Positions 1 to 7,877 of a DNA stretch of 64,000 nucleotides are shown here, piece after piece. The notes below the pieces were generated by a model. That model did not search any database. It had not been told where the DNA came from and saw only the letters and a list, made by a program, of their open reading frames with translations. The stretch's first letter is position 1. Each line of letters opens with the position of its first letter. The position numbers and the translations under genes were made by a program. This DNA is from an uncultured Acidobacteriota bacterium (GTDB lineage Bacteria > Acidobacteriota > Vicinamibacteria > Vicinamibacterales > CAVVIG01), in assembly GCA_963728825.1 (NCBI GenBank), contig CAVSLA010000001.1, positions 423,886 through 487,885 of the forward strand, written 5' to 3'.

Positions 1-2525
1 ACGCGGTCCTGCGAGACCTCCGCAGTATGCGGGCCAAACTGCGCCTGGTTGAACTCCAGCTTGTTGTACTGGACGACCAGCCGCCCGCCGTTCCGCACGT
101 AGTCGAGCAGCCGGCTGTTATTCGCCCGCAGATCCGCCCGCCGCTCGTAGGCGCGCACCCCGGTGACGATCACCGGAAAGCGCGACAGATCGCCCCAGGC
201 CAGATCTTCCGGTCCGATGAGCTCCGCGCGGGCGCCAAGCTGCGCAATCGCTTCCGGCACCTCGTCGCCGGCGCCCATGATGTAGCCGACGGTCAGGTTG
301 GGAGTGACACGCACGTCCATCACCTTCATTCGTGATGTCGCCTCGTGAAAAAGATGCTGCCGGGTGGTGTGCGGGTACTCGATCACCTGGAAGCCGCGCC
401 GGAACGTATCCGTACCGGCCGACGCATTGGCGGTCAAGTCGTATTCGCCAGCCTCGATGCCCTGTGGCGCGCGGATCTGAAAACGGACGGTCTGTGATTC
501 GTCCTCGCGAGCGAACGTCAGCTTGTGCTCGGCCGGCGTTGACGTCCAGCCGGATGGCACATTCAGAGTGACGACACTCTCCAGTTCGCCTTTCGAGTCG
601 TTGATGACGGTCACGCGGACATCTCGCGTCGGGCTGGTTTCAGCCGGGGGCTCCGCTCGCGGTGGAGCCGGTGCCGCGCCCCGTCCGCGCCCCGCTGGTG
701 GTGGTGCTGCCGCGCCGCGTCCTCGCGCGCCAGTTGGGGCAGGCGTTGGAGCCGGTGGCGGCCGCGGCATCCACGGGACGATCGTGACGCCGGGGGACAG
801 CCGCACCGAAACCGGTGGCACGACGAGCAGCGACGATCTTTTTTCTCCGCTGAAGATGTCCCCTTCGTAGCGGTACTGCACGGGCACGCCGCCAAACACT
901 TCGGTCGTCCCGGGACCGAAGCTGAGGGTCGCCTGAACGTAGAAAGCGGTCGGCCGGTAGGGCAGGCCGAACGGGGCGTCCTCGTCGAAGACGTAGCGGC
1001 CAGCTTCGCCTTCACGATGCCAGTACGGTTCGCTCACTCGCGCGTCCGTCGGGATGGCCAACGGCACGTCACACCGACCCACTTGATCCTTGGCCAAGGC
1101 GGTCAGCGGCGCGCCCTGCGGCGCCGCGCCGGCCGCTCCCGTCGCCGGTCCGCCTCGGCCGCTGCCGGTGGGCGCGGTGAGCGTGCAGACGCCGTTGCCG
1201 CTGAAGCCCTCGAAGCCGACCTGCCGCACGCCGACGTTCGCCGCACCGCGATTGGCGATGACGAACGAAACCCGCACCGGCTGTCCCGGGACGACGACGC
1301 CATCGTCGGCGAGCGCCTCGAGTCGAACGTTGCCGGCCAGCAGTATCGCCTGTTGAAACTCACGTTCCTTCTGACGGAGACGGAACTCAATCTCGTAGCG
1401 ACCCGCATCAGCAACCGGCAGCATACGCAGCTCGGCGCGCAGTTCGCGCGTCAGTCGCAGGCCCGTCAGCAGCGGCTGCAGCGTGATGTCCTCGCTGCCG
1501 GGCGCGGCGGCATCGAATCGCTTTTGCGCGTCCTGCACGGCGGTTTGAATCGCGGCGAGTCCACTCGTGAGCTCGCGCGGCGGCTTGGGTCCGGCGAATT
1601 GAGCGAGCCCCGCCAGCGAGTAGTCGACACCGTCGAACAGGCCGCGATCGGGCCGATTGGCGCCGCCGGCGAGCGCCGATTCGGTGAGCTGGAACGTGCT
1701 GATCGACGGACCAGGCAACGCGAGCAGCTGCCCCATGCCCTGGCACTTGTGCATGCTGCGCGCTTCGGTGCCTATCTCCGCGTAGGTTCGGCCGAGCAGC
1801 GGATCGTAACCCGCCAGGTTGACCGACAGCCCGGGGCTGGCGGGATTCGGCGCCGCGCCACGACCACCCGCGCCCTGCGCCGGCACGTAGAACTTCTTTG
1901 GCTGCCAGGGCCGCAGCCCGGCTTTCACCTGTTCAGGGTAGGCCGCCGGATCGGCGGCGAGCTTGAACGCTTCGCGGGCGATCACTGAGGACGCCTGATG
2001 ATGCTGACCGCCGCCGGCGCCGTCCGGACGCAGCGCGAGCACGACGTCAGGACGAATCGTGCGAATCAGCCGCACGAAGTCGCCGGTGATGTCCTCGCGA
2101 CCCCACTTCTCGAACGTTTCCTCGATGCTGAACGAATATCCGAAGTCGACGGCGCGGGTGAAGTACTGCTCGGCGCCGTCGAACCGGTGCATGGCGGCCA
2201 GCTCCTCGGTACGGAGCACACCGAGCGCCTCGAAGATCTCGGGGCCGATCTCGTTCTGACCCCCGTTGCCGCGTGTCGCCGTCGCGAGCGCGGTTCGGAA
2301 CCCGAGGCCGCGGCTCAACATCACCAGCAGCCCGTTGTTTTCGTCGTCGGGATGCGCGGTCGCGTGCATGAAGATGCCGGTATTGGCCAGCCGCCGCAGC
2401 GCCAGGCCGAGCCCGACATGCCCCTGCTCCCGGTCCACAGGAGCGACTCGCATCTGCGCGGTCGTGGGTGCAGAAGTGAGTACAGAAAAGTAAGCGAGGA
2501 TGGCGATGCAGACCCAGCGCGTCAT
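1..2525 (-). CDS. Large PIG-L/LmbE-family deacetylase paralog; its 3' end lies beyond the window start
   Basis: Absent from the ORF track because no stop falls inside the window. Manual minus-strand translation from the ATG at 2525 gives MTRWVCIAILAYFSVLTSAPTTAQ (signal-like). It continues IFMHATAHPDDENNGLLVML...IRPDVVLALRPDGAGGGQHHQAS, which carries the LmbE/PIG-L AHPDD-type metal-site motifs. The frame read open down to position 1 (more than 840 codons). Confidence 0.7.
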   Translation of the reverse strand, partial: MTRWVCIAILAYFSVLTSAPTTAQMRVAPVDREQGHVGLGLALRRLANTGIFMHATAHPDDENNGLLVMLSRGLGFRTALATATRGNGGQNEIGPEIFEALGVLRTEELAAMHRFDGAEQYFTRAVDFGYSFSIEETFEKWGREDITGDFVRLIRTIRPDVVLALRPDGAGGGQHHQASSVIAREAFKLAADPAAYPEQVKAGLRPWQPKKFYVPAQGAGGRGAAPNPASPGLSVNLAGYDPLLGRTYAEIGTEARSMHKCQGMGQLLALPGPSISTFQLTESALAGGANRPDRGLFDGVDYSLAGLAQFAGPKPPRELTSGLAAIQTAVQDAQKRFDAAAPGSEDITLQPLLTGLRLTRELRAELRMLPVADAGRYEIEFRLRQKEREFQQAILLAGNVRLEALADDGVVVPGQPVRVSFVIANRGAANVGVRQVGFEGFSGNGVCTLTAPTGSGRGGPATGAAGAAPQGAPLTALAKDQVGRCDVPLAIPTDARVSEPYWHREGEAGRYVFDEDAPFGLPYRPTAFYVQATLSFGPGTTEVFGGVPVQYRYEGDIFSGEKRSSLLVVPPVSVRLSPGVTIVPWMPRPPPAPTPAPTGARGRGAAAPPPAGRGRGAAPAPPRAEPPAETSPTRDVRVTVINDSKGELESVVTLNVPSGWTSTPAEHKLTFAREDESQTVRFQIRAPQGIEAGEYDLTANASAGTDTFRRGFQVIEYPHTTRQHLFHEATSRMKVMDVRVTPNLTVGYIMGAGDEVPEAIAQLGARAELIGPEDLAWGDLSRFPVIVTGVRAYERRADLRANNSRLLDYVRNGGRLVVQYNKLEFNQAQFGPHTAEVSQDR

Positions 2526-2603
2526 CGTGGGAGTCCGAGTATACCGCCCGGCGGAATGGGTGTGTAACCTCAGCCGCGACGGGCCCTGCGTAGACCCCCT
2601 GCC

Positions 2604-3773
2604 CTAGGTGGCCAGGATCTCTTCGTAGTACGCCTCGTAAATCGGGACGATCTTCGAATCGCAGTAGCGCTCGTGCGCCACGCGTCGCGCGGCGGCCGAC
2701 GCACGGCGATAGAGATCGTCGTCGGTGAGTAGACGGTACACGGACTCGGACATGCCGTTCAAATCGTCGAGCGGGTGGAGAAAGCCGGTGACGCCATGCT
2801 CGATGACCTCGGGCAGTCCGCCAACGCGGGACGCGACGACTGGCACCTCGCAGGCCATCGCTTCGAGCGCCGCCAGACCGAAGCTCTCCTGCGTCGAGGG
2901 CAGGAGAAATACGTCGGAGGCCGACAGAAGCTGTACGACCTGATCCTGTTCTCCGAGGAACTCGACGTCCGAAGCCACGCCCAGCGTCCGGGCCAGCCGC
3001 GACGCGTCGGCCACGTCCGGACCGTCGCCCACCATCAACAGCCGACACGCGATCCGGCGGCGGACCACGGCAAAGACTTCGACGGCCGCGGTGACCCGTT
3101 TGACGGGCCGGAAATTCGAGACGTGAATCAACAACTTCTCGCCATGCGGCGCCAGCGTTTTCCGGAGAGCGCTCACTTCGCGCCGCCGATGCACGCTGCA
3201 GTCGAGAAAGTTCGGAATCACGCGAACGTCGTGCTTGATGCCCAGCTCGCGACAAGTATCGGCTTTCAAACTCTCCGACACAGCGGTCACGCCGTCGGAC
3301 TGCTCGATGCAGAACGCCACGGTCTCGGAATACGAGCGATCGCTGCCGAGCAGCGTGATATCTGTACCGTGAAGCGTGGTGATCACTTTAGGGACCTTGT
3401 TTACTCCGGGGACTCCTCCCCCCCGGCCCCACTCCCCTTGAACTCTGCTGCTGAGAATCTGCCGCGCCAGATAGCCCGCGGTGGCATGAGGGATGGCGTA
3501 GTGCGCGTGGACGATCTCCAGGTCTTCATCGCGCGAGACCTGAACGATCTTGTTCGCCAGCGATAGGATGTACTGGGGCTCGCGGAACAACGGGTAGGCC
3601 GGCGTCTCGACCCGGTGGAAGAACAGGCCGGGTTGGTACTCACCGAACCGCGCCGGCATGTCACTGCTCAGAATGTGGACGCGGTGGCCGCGCGTCGCGA
3701 GGACCTTCCCGAGCTCGGTGGCGATGATGCCGCTGCCGCCAATTGATGCGTAGCAAACGATTCCGATATTCAT
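2604..3773 (-). CDS. bshA: N-acetyl-alpha-D-glucosaminyl L-malate synthase (bacillithiol glycosyltransferase BshA, GT4)
   Basis: [86 protein letters not shown] matches Bacillus BshA end to end (from memory). It sits immediately downstream of bshB1, as in Bacillus. I prefer the ATG at 3773 (GGAG 7 nt upstream) over the track's GTG at 3779. Confidence 0.85.
   Translation of the reverse strand: MNIGIVCYASIGGSGIIATELGKVLATRGHRVHILSSDMPARFGEYQPGLFFHRVETPAYPLFREPQYILSLANKIVQVSRDEDLEIVHAHYAIPHATAGYLARQILSSRVQGEWGRGGGVPGVNKVPKVITTLHGTDITLLGSDRSYSETVAFCIEQSDGVTAVSESLKADTCRELGIKHDVRVIPNFLDCSVHRRREVSALRKTLAPHGEKLLIHVSNFRPVKRVTAAVEVFAVVRRRIACRLLMVGDGPDVADASRLARTLGVASDVEFLGEQDQVVQLLSASDVFLLPSTQESFGLAALEAMACEVPVVASRVGGLPEVIEHGVTGFLHPLDDLNGMSESVYRLLTDDDLYRRASAAARRVAHERYCDSKIVPIYEAYYEEILAT
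3399..3426. repeat. Degenerate copy (24 of 28 nt) of the GTTCACTCCGGGGGCCCCTACCCCCCGG hairpin element, embedded in frame in the bshA coding sequence
   Basis: gtttactccggggactcctcccccccgg compared with gttcactccgggggcccctaccccccgg at 3774 and 7799. On the coding strand it encodes part of [11 protein letters not shown], inside an apparent extra loop of BshA. Confidence 0.6.
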
Positions 3774-3810
3774 GTTCACTCCGGGGGCCCCTACCCCCCG
3801 GTGATCAAAG
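3774..3810. repeat. GC-rich hairpin (REP-like) element, family A copy 1
   Basis: gttcactccgggggcccctaccccccggtgatcaaagg. The stem is CCGGGGG/CCCCCGG around a CCCCTAC loop. The element abuts the bshA start, and its minus-strand end CCGGAGTGAAC supplies the GGAG upstream of the ATG. Confidence 0.8.
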
Positions 3811-3830
3811 GCTCTCCCCAGCGTACAGCT

Positions 3831-3869
3831 TCCTTGGTGTCCTTTGAGTCCTTTGTGTCCTTTGTGTCC
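3831..3869. repeat. 9-bp word repeat (TCCTTTGTG-type), about 4 units
   Basis: tccttggtg tcctttgag tcctttgtg tcctttgtg tcc, directly after the bshB1 stop. The same word array recurs at 48207-48244. Confidence 0.8.
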
Positions 3870-3873
3870 ATCT

Positions 3874-4584
3874 CTAAGTCACACCGCCTCGCAGCAGACT
3901 GCCCCTGACGACCGGCTCGCGAACGACGAACCCTTCCGCCCACCGCACGCCGGCGCGCGCGCCGAACTGTGCGTCGCGGCTTTCGACGAGCTGACGAAAG
4001 AGCGGCGTGTTCAGGCGCGTCGCCACCGCCCCGTCGACCGACGGCGCCTGAAACTGACTCGCGTGGCAATCGAGCGCGGCGCGTTTCTGATCGTAGTGGT
4101 CGGTGACGTCGACGACAAACGAGGGCTCGGCGGCATCATTGATGAAGTAGTAGCAGATCCATTCCGCCTTCCACGCCTCGCCCTCGGAGGCGTAGCGCCG
4201 CAGGCCCGCGTTGAACGCGGCCTCGGTGAGCACGTGGCTCGCAGCGCCGTGGTCCGGATGTCGATCGGACCAGTGCGGAATCGCAATGGTCCGCGGCCGA
4301 TGCTTCCGGATGAACGCAGCGGCCTGCGCGACATGTGACGGATCGCTCCCGATTCGGCGGTCGGGCCAGCGCAGGTTGTGACGCCACAGAGCGCCGAGCA
4401 CCAGCCGCCCCGCCTCCGCTTCGGCGAGTCGCTCCTCGATGGTGCCATTGCTGCCCATCTCGCCGGCGGTGAGATCGCACAAGCCGACCCGCAGCCCTGC
4501 GGCAGCATGGCGCGCAACCGTTCCGCCGAGACCGATCTCGATGTCGTCGGGGTGGGGACCGAAGACCAGGACGTCTACTGGCAT
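3874..4584 (-). CDS. bshB1: N-acetyl-alpha-D-glucosaminyl L-malate deacetylase (bacillithiol biosynthesis, LmbE family)
   Basis: MPVDVLVFGPHPDDIEIGLGGTVARH..GLCDLTAGEMGSNGTIEERL..SDRHPDHGAASHVLTEAAFNAGLRRY..CHASQF aligns along its length with Bacillus BshB1 (from memory). It lies upstream of bshA. Confidence 0.8.
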   Translation of the reverse strand: MPVDVLVFGPHPDDIEIGLGGTVARHAAAGLRVGLCDLTAGEMGSNGTIEERLAEAEAGRLVLGALWRHNLRWPDRRIGSDPSHVAQAAAFIRKHRPRTIAIPHWSDRHPDHGAASHVLTEAAFNAGLRRYASEGEAWKAEWICYYFINDAAEPSFVVDVTDHYDQKRAALDCHASQFQAPSVDGAVATRLNTPLFRQLVESRDAQFGARAGVRWAEGFVVREPVVRGSLLRGGVT

Positions 4585-4608
4585 GCTCGTCTAACTTTCT
4601 TCCACTGG

Positions 4609-4630
4609 CGCTGGGGCCCCACCCCCAGCG
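4609..4630. repeat. GC hairpin with the GGGG-CCCCAC-CCCC core (CGCTGGGG / CCCCAGCG stem)
   Basis: cgctggggccccacccccagcg in the bshB1 upstream spacer. Its flank aactttcttcc resembles the reverse complement of the 82-bp unit at 52502-52747. A second hairpin, CGACCCT..AGGGTCG, follows about 50 nt later. Confidence 0.65.
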
Positions 4631-4762
4631 CGTACTTACGCTGATGCCTCGCCTCGTCCCTCGACTTTGCTCGGGACGACCCTGAGCTCGTCGAAGGGTC
4701 GGATCGATCAGTCCTCGGCTCGGCATGGCCGCAGGCGCTCTGTCCTTCTCGCTCCATGTCGA

Positions 4763-5980
4763 TTATCTGTTGAACCCGAACGCTTCGTCCGCCGCATCGG
4801 CTTCGCCGAGATGATGCCGAAGCAGAACGCGGCTCGCGAGGTACGCGCCAGTCACCCCGTGACTGGCGTCGCCGAACGCGAAGAGATGGTGCGGGAAGTT
4901 GCGATGAGCCCCGAGATACGGAACGCCTTCGGCGGTGAGCGCGTACGGTGCGTCCCATCCGAACGCCGGCATGATGCCGGAAATTTCCGGATACATGGTC
5001 GACAGCTCGTACATCAGTTGCCCGGTACGCTGCACGATGGTCTTCTCCCGGAGTCGCGGCAGCACGATCGCCGCGTCCGCCCCGGCAATCAGCAGCCGAT
5101 CGTCGTCCACCCAGCGCACGATGTGTGCCGGCTCCGCAACATCGCGGATGACGAGCTCCCGTTTGCCGAGCTGGTGACGGATTCTGGCGGGCAGCGGCTC
5201 GGTCAGGACGAGATACGAGCTCTTGAGCCAGAAGTGCCGGATGAGCGACTTGAACAACTGGGTCGGCATTCCGGTCGCCACGATGATCCGCCTGGTGCGG
5301 ATGTTGCCGTCATCGAGCACGACGTCGGCGGTGCGCCGGCCGAATTTCGTCCGGATGACAGGCGTCCGCTCGAAGAGCTGCGCGCCGCGTTCGACAGCGG
5401 CGGCCGCAAGGCCGAGCGTCGCTCGATAGGGATCGAGGACTGCCCCATCCCGTGTTCGAACTCCGCCGGCGGCATGGATCGCCGCTTCCGACTGAATCGC
5501 TTTCGGGCTGAGGGACGGCGCATCAAGACCTGCGTCCTTACGGGCTTTCTGTTCCCGCGCGACGAGCGCAAGCTGCGCCGGCGTCATCGCGGCGAGCAGT
5601 GTCGACCGGGGCTCCAGATAACACTTGACGTCGAGACGCCGCAGCAGGGTCGCGAAGTCGAGTGCGGAGCGACGCCACGCCTGCCAGCCATGGCGTGCGG
5701 CCCGCAGGCCAAGCAGCTTCTGGGCGGAGAGGAAGCTGGCGCCGGGATCGTCGGATATCCAGCCGGTCGAACATGCGCTGGCACCTCGACCGATCTGCGC
5801 CGCCTCGACCAGCGCGACTTTGATGCCGGCCGCCGCGAAGGAGTACGCCGTGGCGCACCCCGTCAGGCCGCCGCCGATGATGACGACGTCGATCTCGTGG
5901 CGGCCTCGAAGGCGTGGATACGAAGGAACGCGCGACCTGGGAAAACGGTCGGTCCATGGGGAACGGCCGTATTTCGTCAT
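4763..5980 (-). CDS. FAD-dependent oxidoreductase (DAO / glycine-D-amino-acid oxidase family)
   Basis: N-terminal Rossmann motif DVVIIGGGLTGCATAYSFAAAGIKVALVE; 405 aa, a typical DAO-family length. Confidence 0.8.
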   Translation of the reverse strand: MTKYGRSPWTDRFPRSRVPSYPRLRGRHEIDVVIIGGGLTGCATAYSFAAAGIKVALVEAAQIGRGASACSTGWISDDPGASFLSAQKLLGLRAARHGWQAWRRSALDFATLLRRLDVKCYLEPRSTLLAAMTPAQLALVAREQKARKDAGLDAPSLSPKAIQSEAAIHAAGGVRTRDGAVLDPYRATLGLAAAAVERGAQLFERTPVIRTKFGRRTADVVLDDGNIRTRRIIVATGMPTQLFKSLIRHFWLKSSYLVLTEPLPARIRHQLGKRELVIRDVAEPAHIVRWVDDDRLLIAGADAAIVLPRLREKTIVQRTGQLMYELSTMYPEISGIMPAFGWDAPYALTAEGVPYLGAHRNFPHHLFAFGDASHGVTGAYLASRVLLRHHLGEADAADEAFGFNR

Positions 5981-5992
5981 GAGTAGGGAATA

Positions 5993-7096
5993 TTAGTCGA
6001 CATTTGCACGTTCCCGGGCGAGCAGGGCCTTCTTGCGCGGTGTCCCCCAGCGGTAGCCGCCTGTGCTGCCGCTCGCCGGCAGGACGCGGTGACAGGGAAT
6101 CGCGAGCGCGACCGGGTTGGCTGCGCAGGTGCGCGCCACTGCTCGAACGGCTCTCGGTCGGCCGATGGCCGCCGCCACTTCGGCATAGCTGCGCGTGGCA
6201 CCGTACGGGATTGCCGCGAGTGCCTCCCACACCTGCCACTGAAAAGCGGTCGCTCGGATGTCCAGGGGCAGATCGAGGCGTGGCAGGCGACCGGCCAGGT
6301 GATCGAGGATCCGTCGCGTCCACTCGACGAGCTGGCCGCGATCCCGGCTGATGATGGCGTTCGGATATTCGCGGTCGAGCGCGGCGCGAAGGTCTGCGTC
6401 CGACTCCCCCATCGATACCGCACAGATCCCGCGCGGCGTCGCTGCAACGAGCAGCCGCCCGACCGGAGAACTGACCGTGGTGTAGTCGATGCGCGTCCCG
6501 GCCGCACCACTTCGGTACGTCGACGGCGTCATGCCAAGCTTCGGCACGCCGCGTTCGTAGAAGCGGCTGCTCGAGCCGTAGCCGGCCTCGAGGGTCGCCT
6601 CGGTGACCGACCGCTGCCCCTTCAACTCGCGCTTGACCCGCCGCAGACGGCAGGCGTCTGCGTACTGGCGCGGCGTGATGCCGACGATCCGCTTGAAATT
6701 GCGCTGCAGGTGATACGGACTGCCGCCGAGACGACGGGCCAGCGATGCCAGTGTCGGGTGGCCCTCGACATCCGCGAGATAGGCGCAGGCGCGGCGGATC
6801 CGCTCGAGCCAGGGATCGGACACCGCCGCGTCGCGCGGCCGGCAGCGGCGGCACGGCCGGAAACCGGCGCGCTCCGCTTCGGCGAATGTGTCGAAAAACG
6901 TGACGCGATCCCGCCGCGGCCGGCGGCTGGCGCATCCGGGACGGCAATAGATACCCGTGGAGCGAACGGCGTAGACGAAGTCGCTCGCCACGGCACGGTC
7001 GCGTGAGACGAGGGCGTCCCACCGTGCGGACTCGGTTGTGTGCGGGGCCGTCTGAATCATGTCCGTACTATGCGCCGGCTCGCCATCCGGCGCCAT
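5993..7096 (-). CDS. ada: Bifunctional Ada-type regulator and methylated-DNA-protein-cysteine methyltransferase
   Basis: Ada zinc domain (YCRPGCASRRPRRDRVTFF), an AraC-type HTH in the middle, and a C-terminal MGMT active site IPCHRVL. An alternative start is the ATG at 7060 (MIQTAPH). Confidence 0.85.
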   Translation of the reverse strand: MAPDGEPAHSTDMIQTAPHTTESARWDALVSRDRAVASDFVYAVRSTGIYCRPGCASRRPRRDRVTFFDTFAEAERAGFRPCRRCRPRDAAVSDPWLERIRRACAYLADVEGHPTLASLARRLGGSPYHLQRNFKRIVGITPRQYADACRLRRVKRELKGQRSVTEATLEAGYGSSSRFYERGVPKLGMTPSTYRSGAAGTRIDYTTVSSPVGRLLVAATPRGICAVSMGESDADLRAALDREYPNAIISRDRGQLVEWTRRILDHLAGRLPRLDLPLDIRATAFQWQVWEALAAIPYGATRSYAEVAAAIGRPRAVRAVARTCAANPVALAIPCHRVLPASGSTGGYRWGTPRKKALLARERANVD

Positions 7097-7177
7097 CCGG
7101 GGCTTGCGGACAAATTGTACGGCTTTACGGGCGGACCTGAGTGGCGGCTGGAGTCGGCAGCAAATTCTCAGATGTGG

Positions 7178-7198
7178 GCCGGGCCTCTTAGGCCCGGC
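7178..7198. repeat. Family C hairpin element (GCCGGGCCT ctt AGGCCCGGC)
   Basis: Perfect 9-bp stem in the spacer between ada and the next gene. Related copies are at 19444, 30471, 35804 and 60911. Confidence 0.75.
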
Positions 7199-7246
7199 AA
7201 AACCTTGATGTAGACGCCGGGACGGTCGCCCGCGGTATCGCTCCGA

Positions 7247-7780
7247 TCACCGCCGCAGCCACTGATCGAGCCGTCCCACCAGCTCGTTCCACCTGGTTTC
7301 GTCAGCCGACACCTGGTTGAGAGCATCGCTTTCCCGGGTCCGCAGCTGCTGCAGCTGGGCGGATACCGATTCGAATTGGGTGCGCAGGTCGGTGCGATGA
7401 TGCTCGAGCGCCTGTCGGGCGTCAATGGGCGGCAGACCCCCTGGCAGCGTCAACTCTTTGGGGCTCATCTGCTCCGCTTCGGCCATCGCGCGCGAGAGGC
7501 TCTGGAATCTCGTGGTCGTCGCATCGAGCTCGCGGCGCACGGTGTCGAGCCGTCCGTTGGCTTCGGCCAACCGGCGCTGCTGGACCTCGAGCAGGCCCGT
7601 GATCGCCTGTGTCTGGATCTGTGTGTCCGCATAACGCTCGATGACATTCCGGAGCGCGCGCATCTCGTTGACGAGCTCCCTCGAAACCGCCGGCTCGACG
7701 TCCCGGCTCTGCGCCGACAGAACGACTGCCGTGAGGGCAACGACAACGCCTGCGATAACGAACGCACCTGTCTTCTTCAT
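7247..7780 (-). CDS. Secreted coiled-coil protein, function unknown
   Basis: MKKTGAFVIAGVVVALTAVVLSAQS signal peptide, then a heptad-like, Q/E/R/L-rich sequence. GGAGGAG lies upstream of the ATG at 7780; the track start at 7804 runs into the repeat. Confidence 0.5.
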   Translation of the reverse strand: MKKTGAFVIAGVVVALTAVVLSAQSRDVEPAVSRELVNEMRALRNVIERYADTQIQTQAITGLLEVQQRRLAEANGRLDTVRRELDATTTRFQSLSRAMAEAEQMSPKELTLPGGLPPIDARQALEHHRTDLRTQFESVSAQLQQLRTRESDALNQVSADETRWNELVGRLDQWLRR

Positions 7781-7798
7781 GCGAGCTCCTCCTCGATT

Positions 7799-7870
7799 GT
7801 TCACTCCGGGGGCCCCTACCCCCCGGTTTGATGCTGTTCACTCCGGGGGCCCCTACCCCGGCTTGATGCT
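7799..7870. repeat. Family A hairpin element, tandem pair (37 bp plus 35 bp)
   Basis: gttcactccgggggcccctaccccccggtttgatgct is followed directly by gttcactccgggggcccctaccccggcttgatgct. It lies between the ADOP stop and the coiled-coil gene start. Confidence 0.85.
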
Positions 7871-7877
7871 GCAGCTG

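Noticed and set aside
2047-3255. 402-aa ORF rich in Arg/Gly/Pro overlapping bshA and the PIG-L gene. There are many similar long ORFs, for example 5538..7022, 9190..10182, 13011..14090, 24214..25668, 40870..42570, 43917..45623, 50224..51786 and 60898..62406.
   Set aside because: They lie antisense to or out of frame with genes that have clear family signatures, and their composition (R/P/G/A runs) is the usual shadow-ORF artefact of high-GC DNA.
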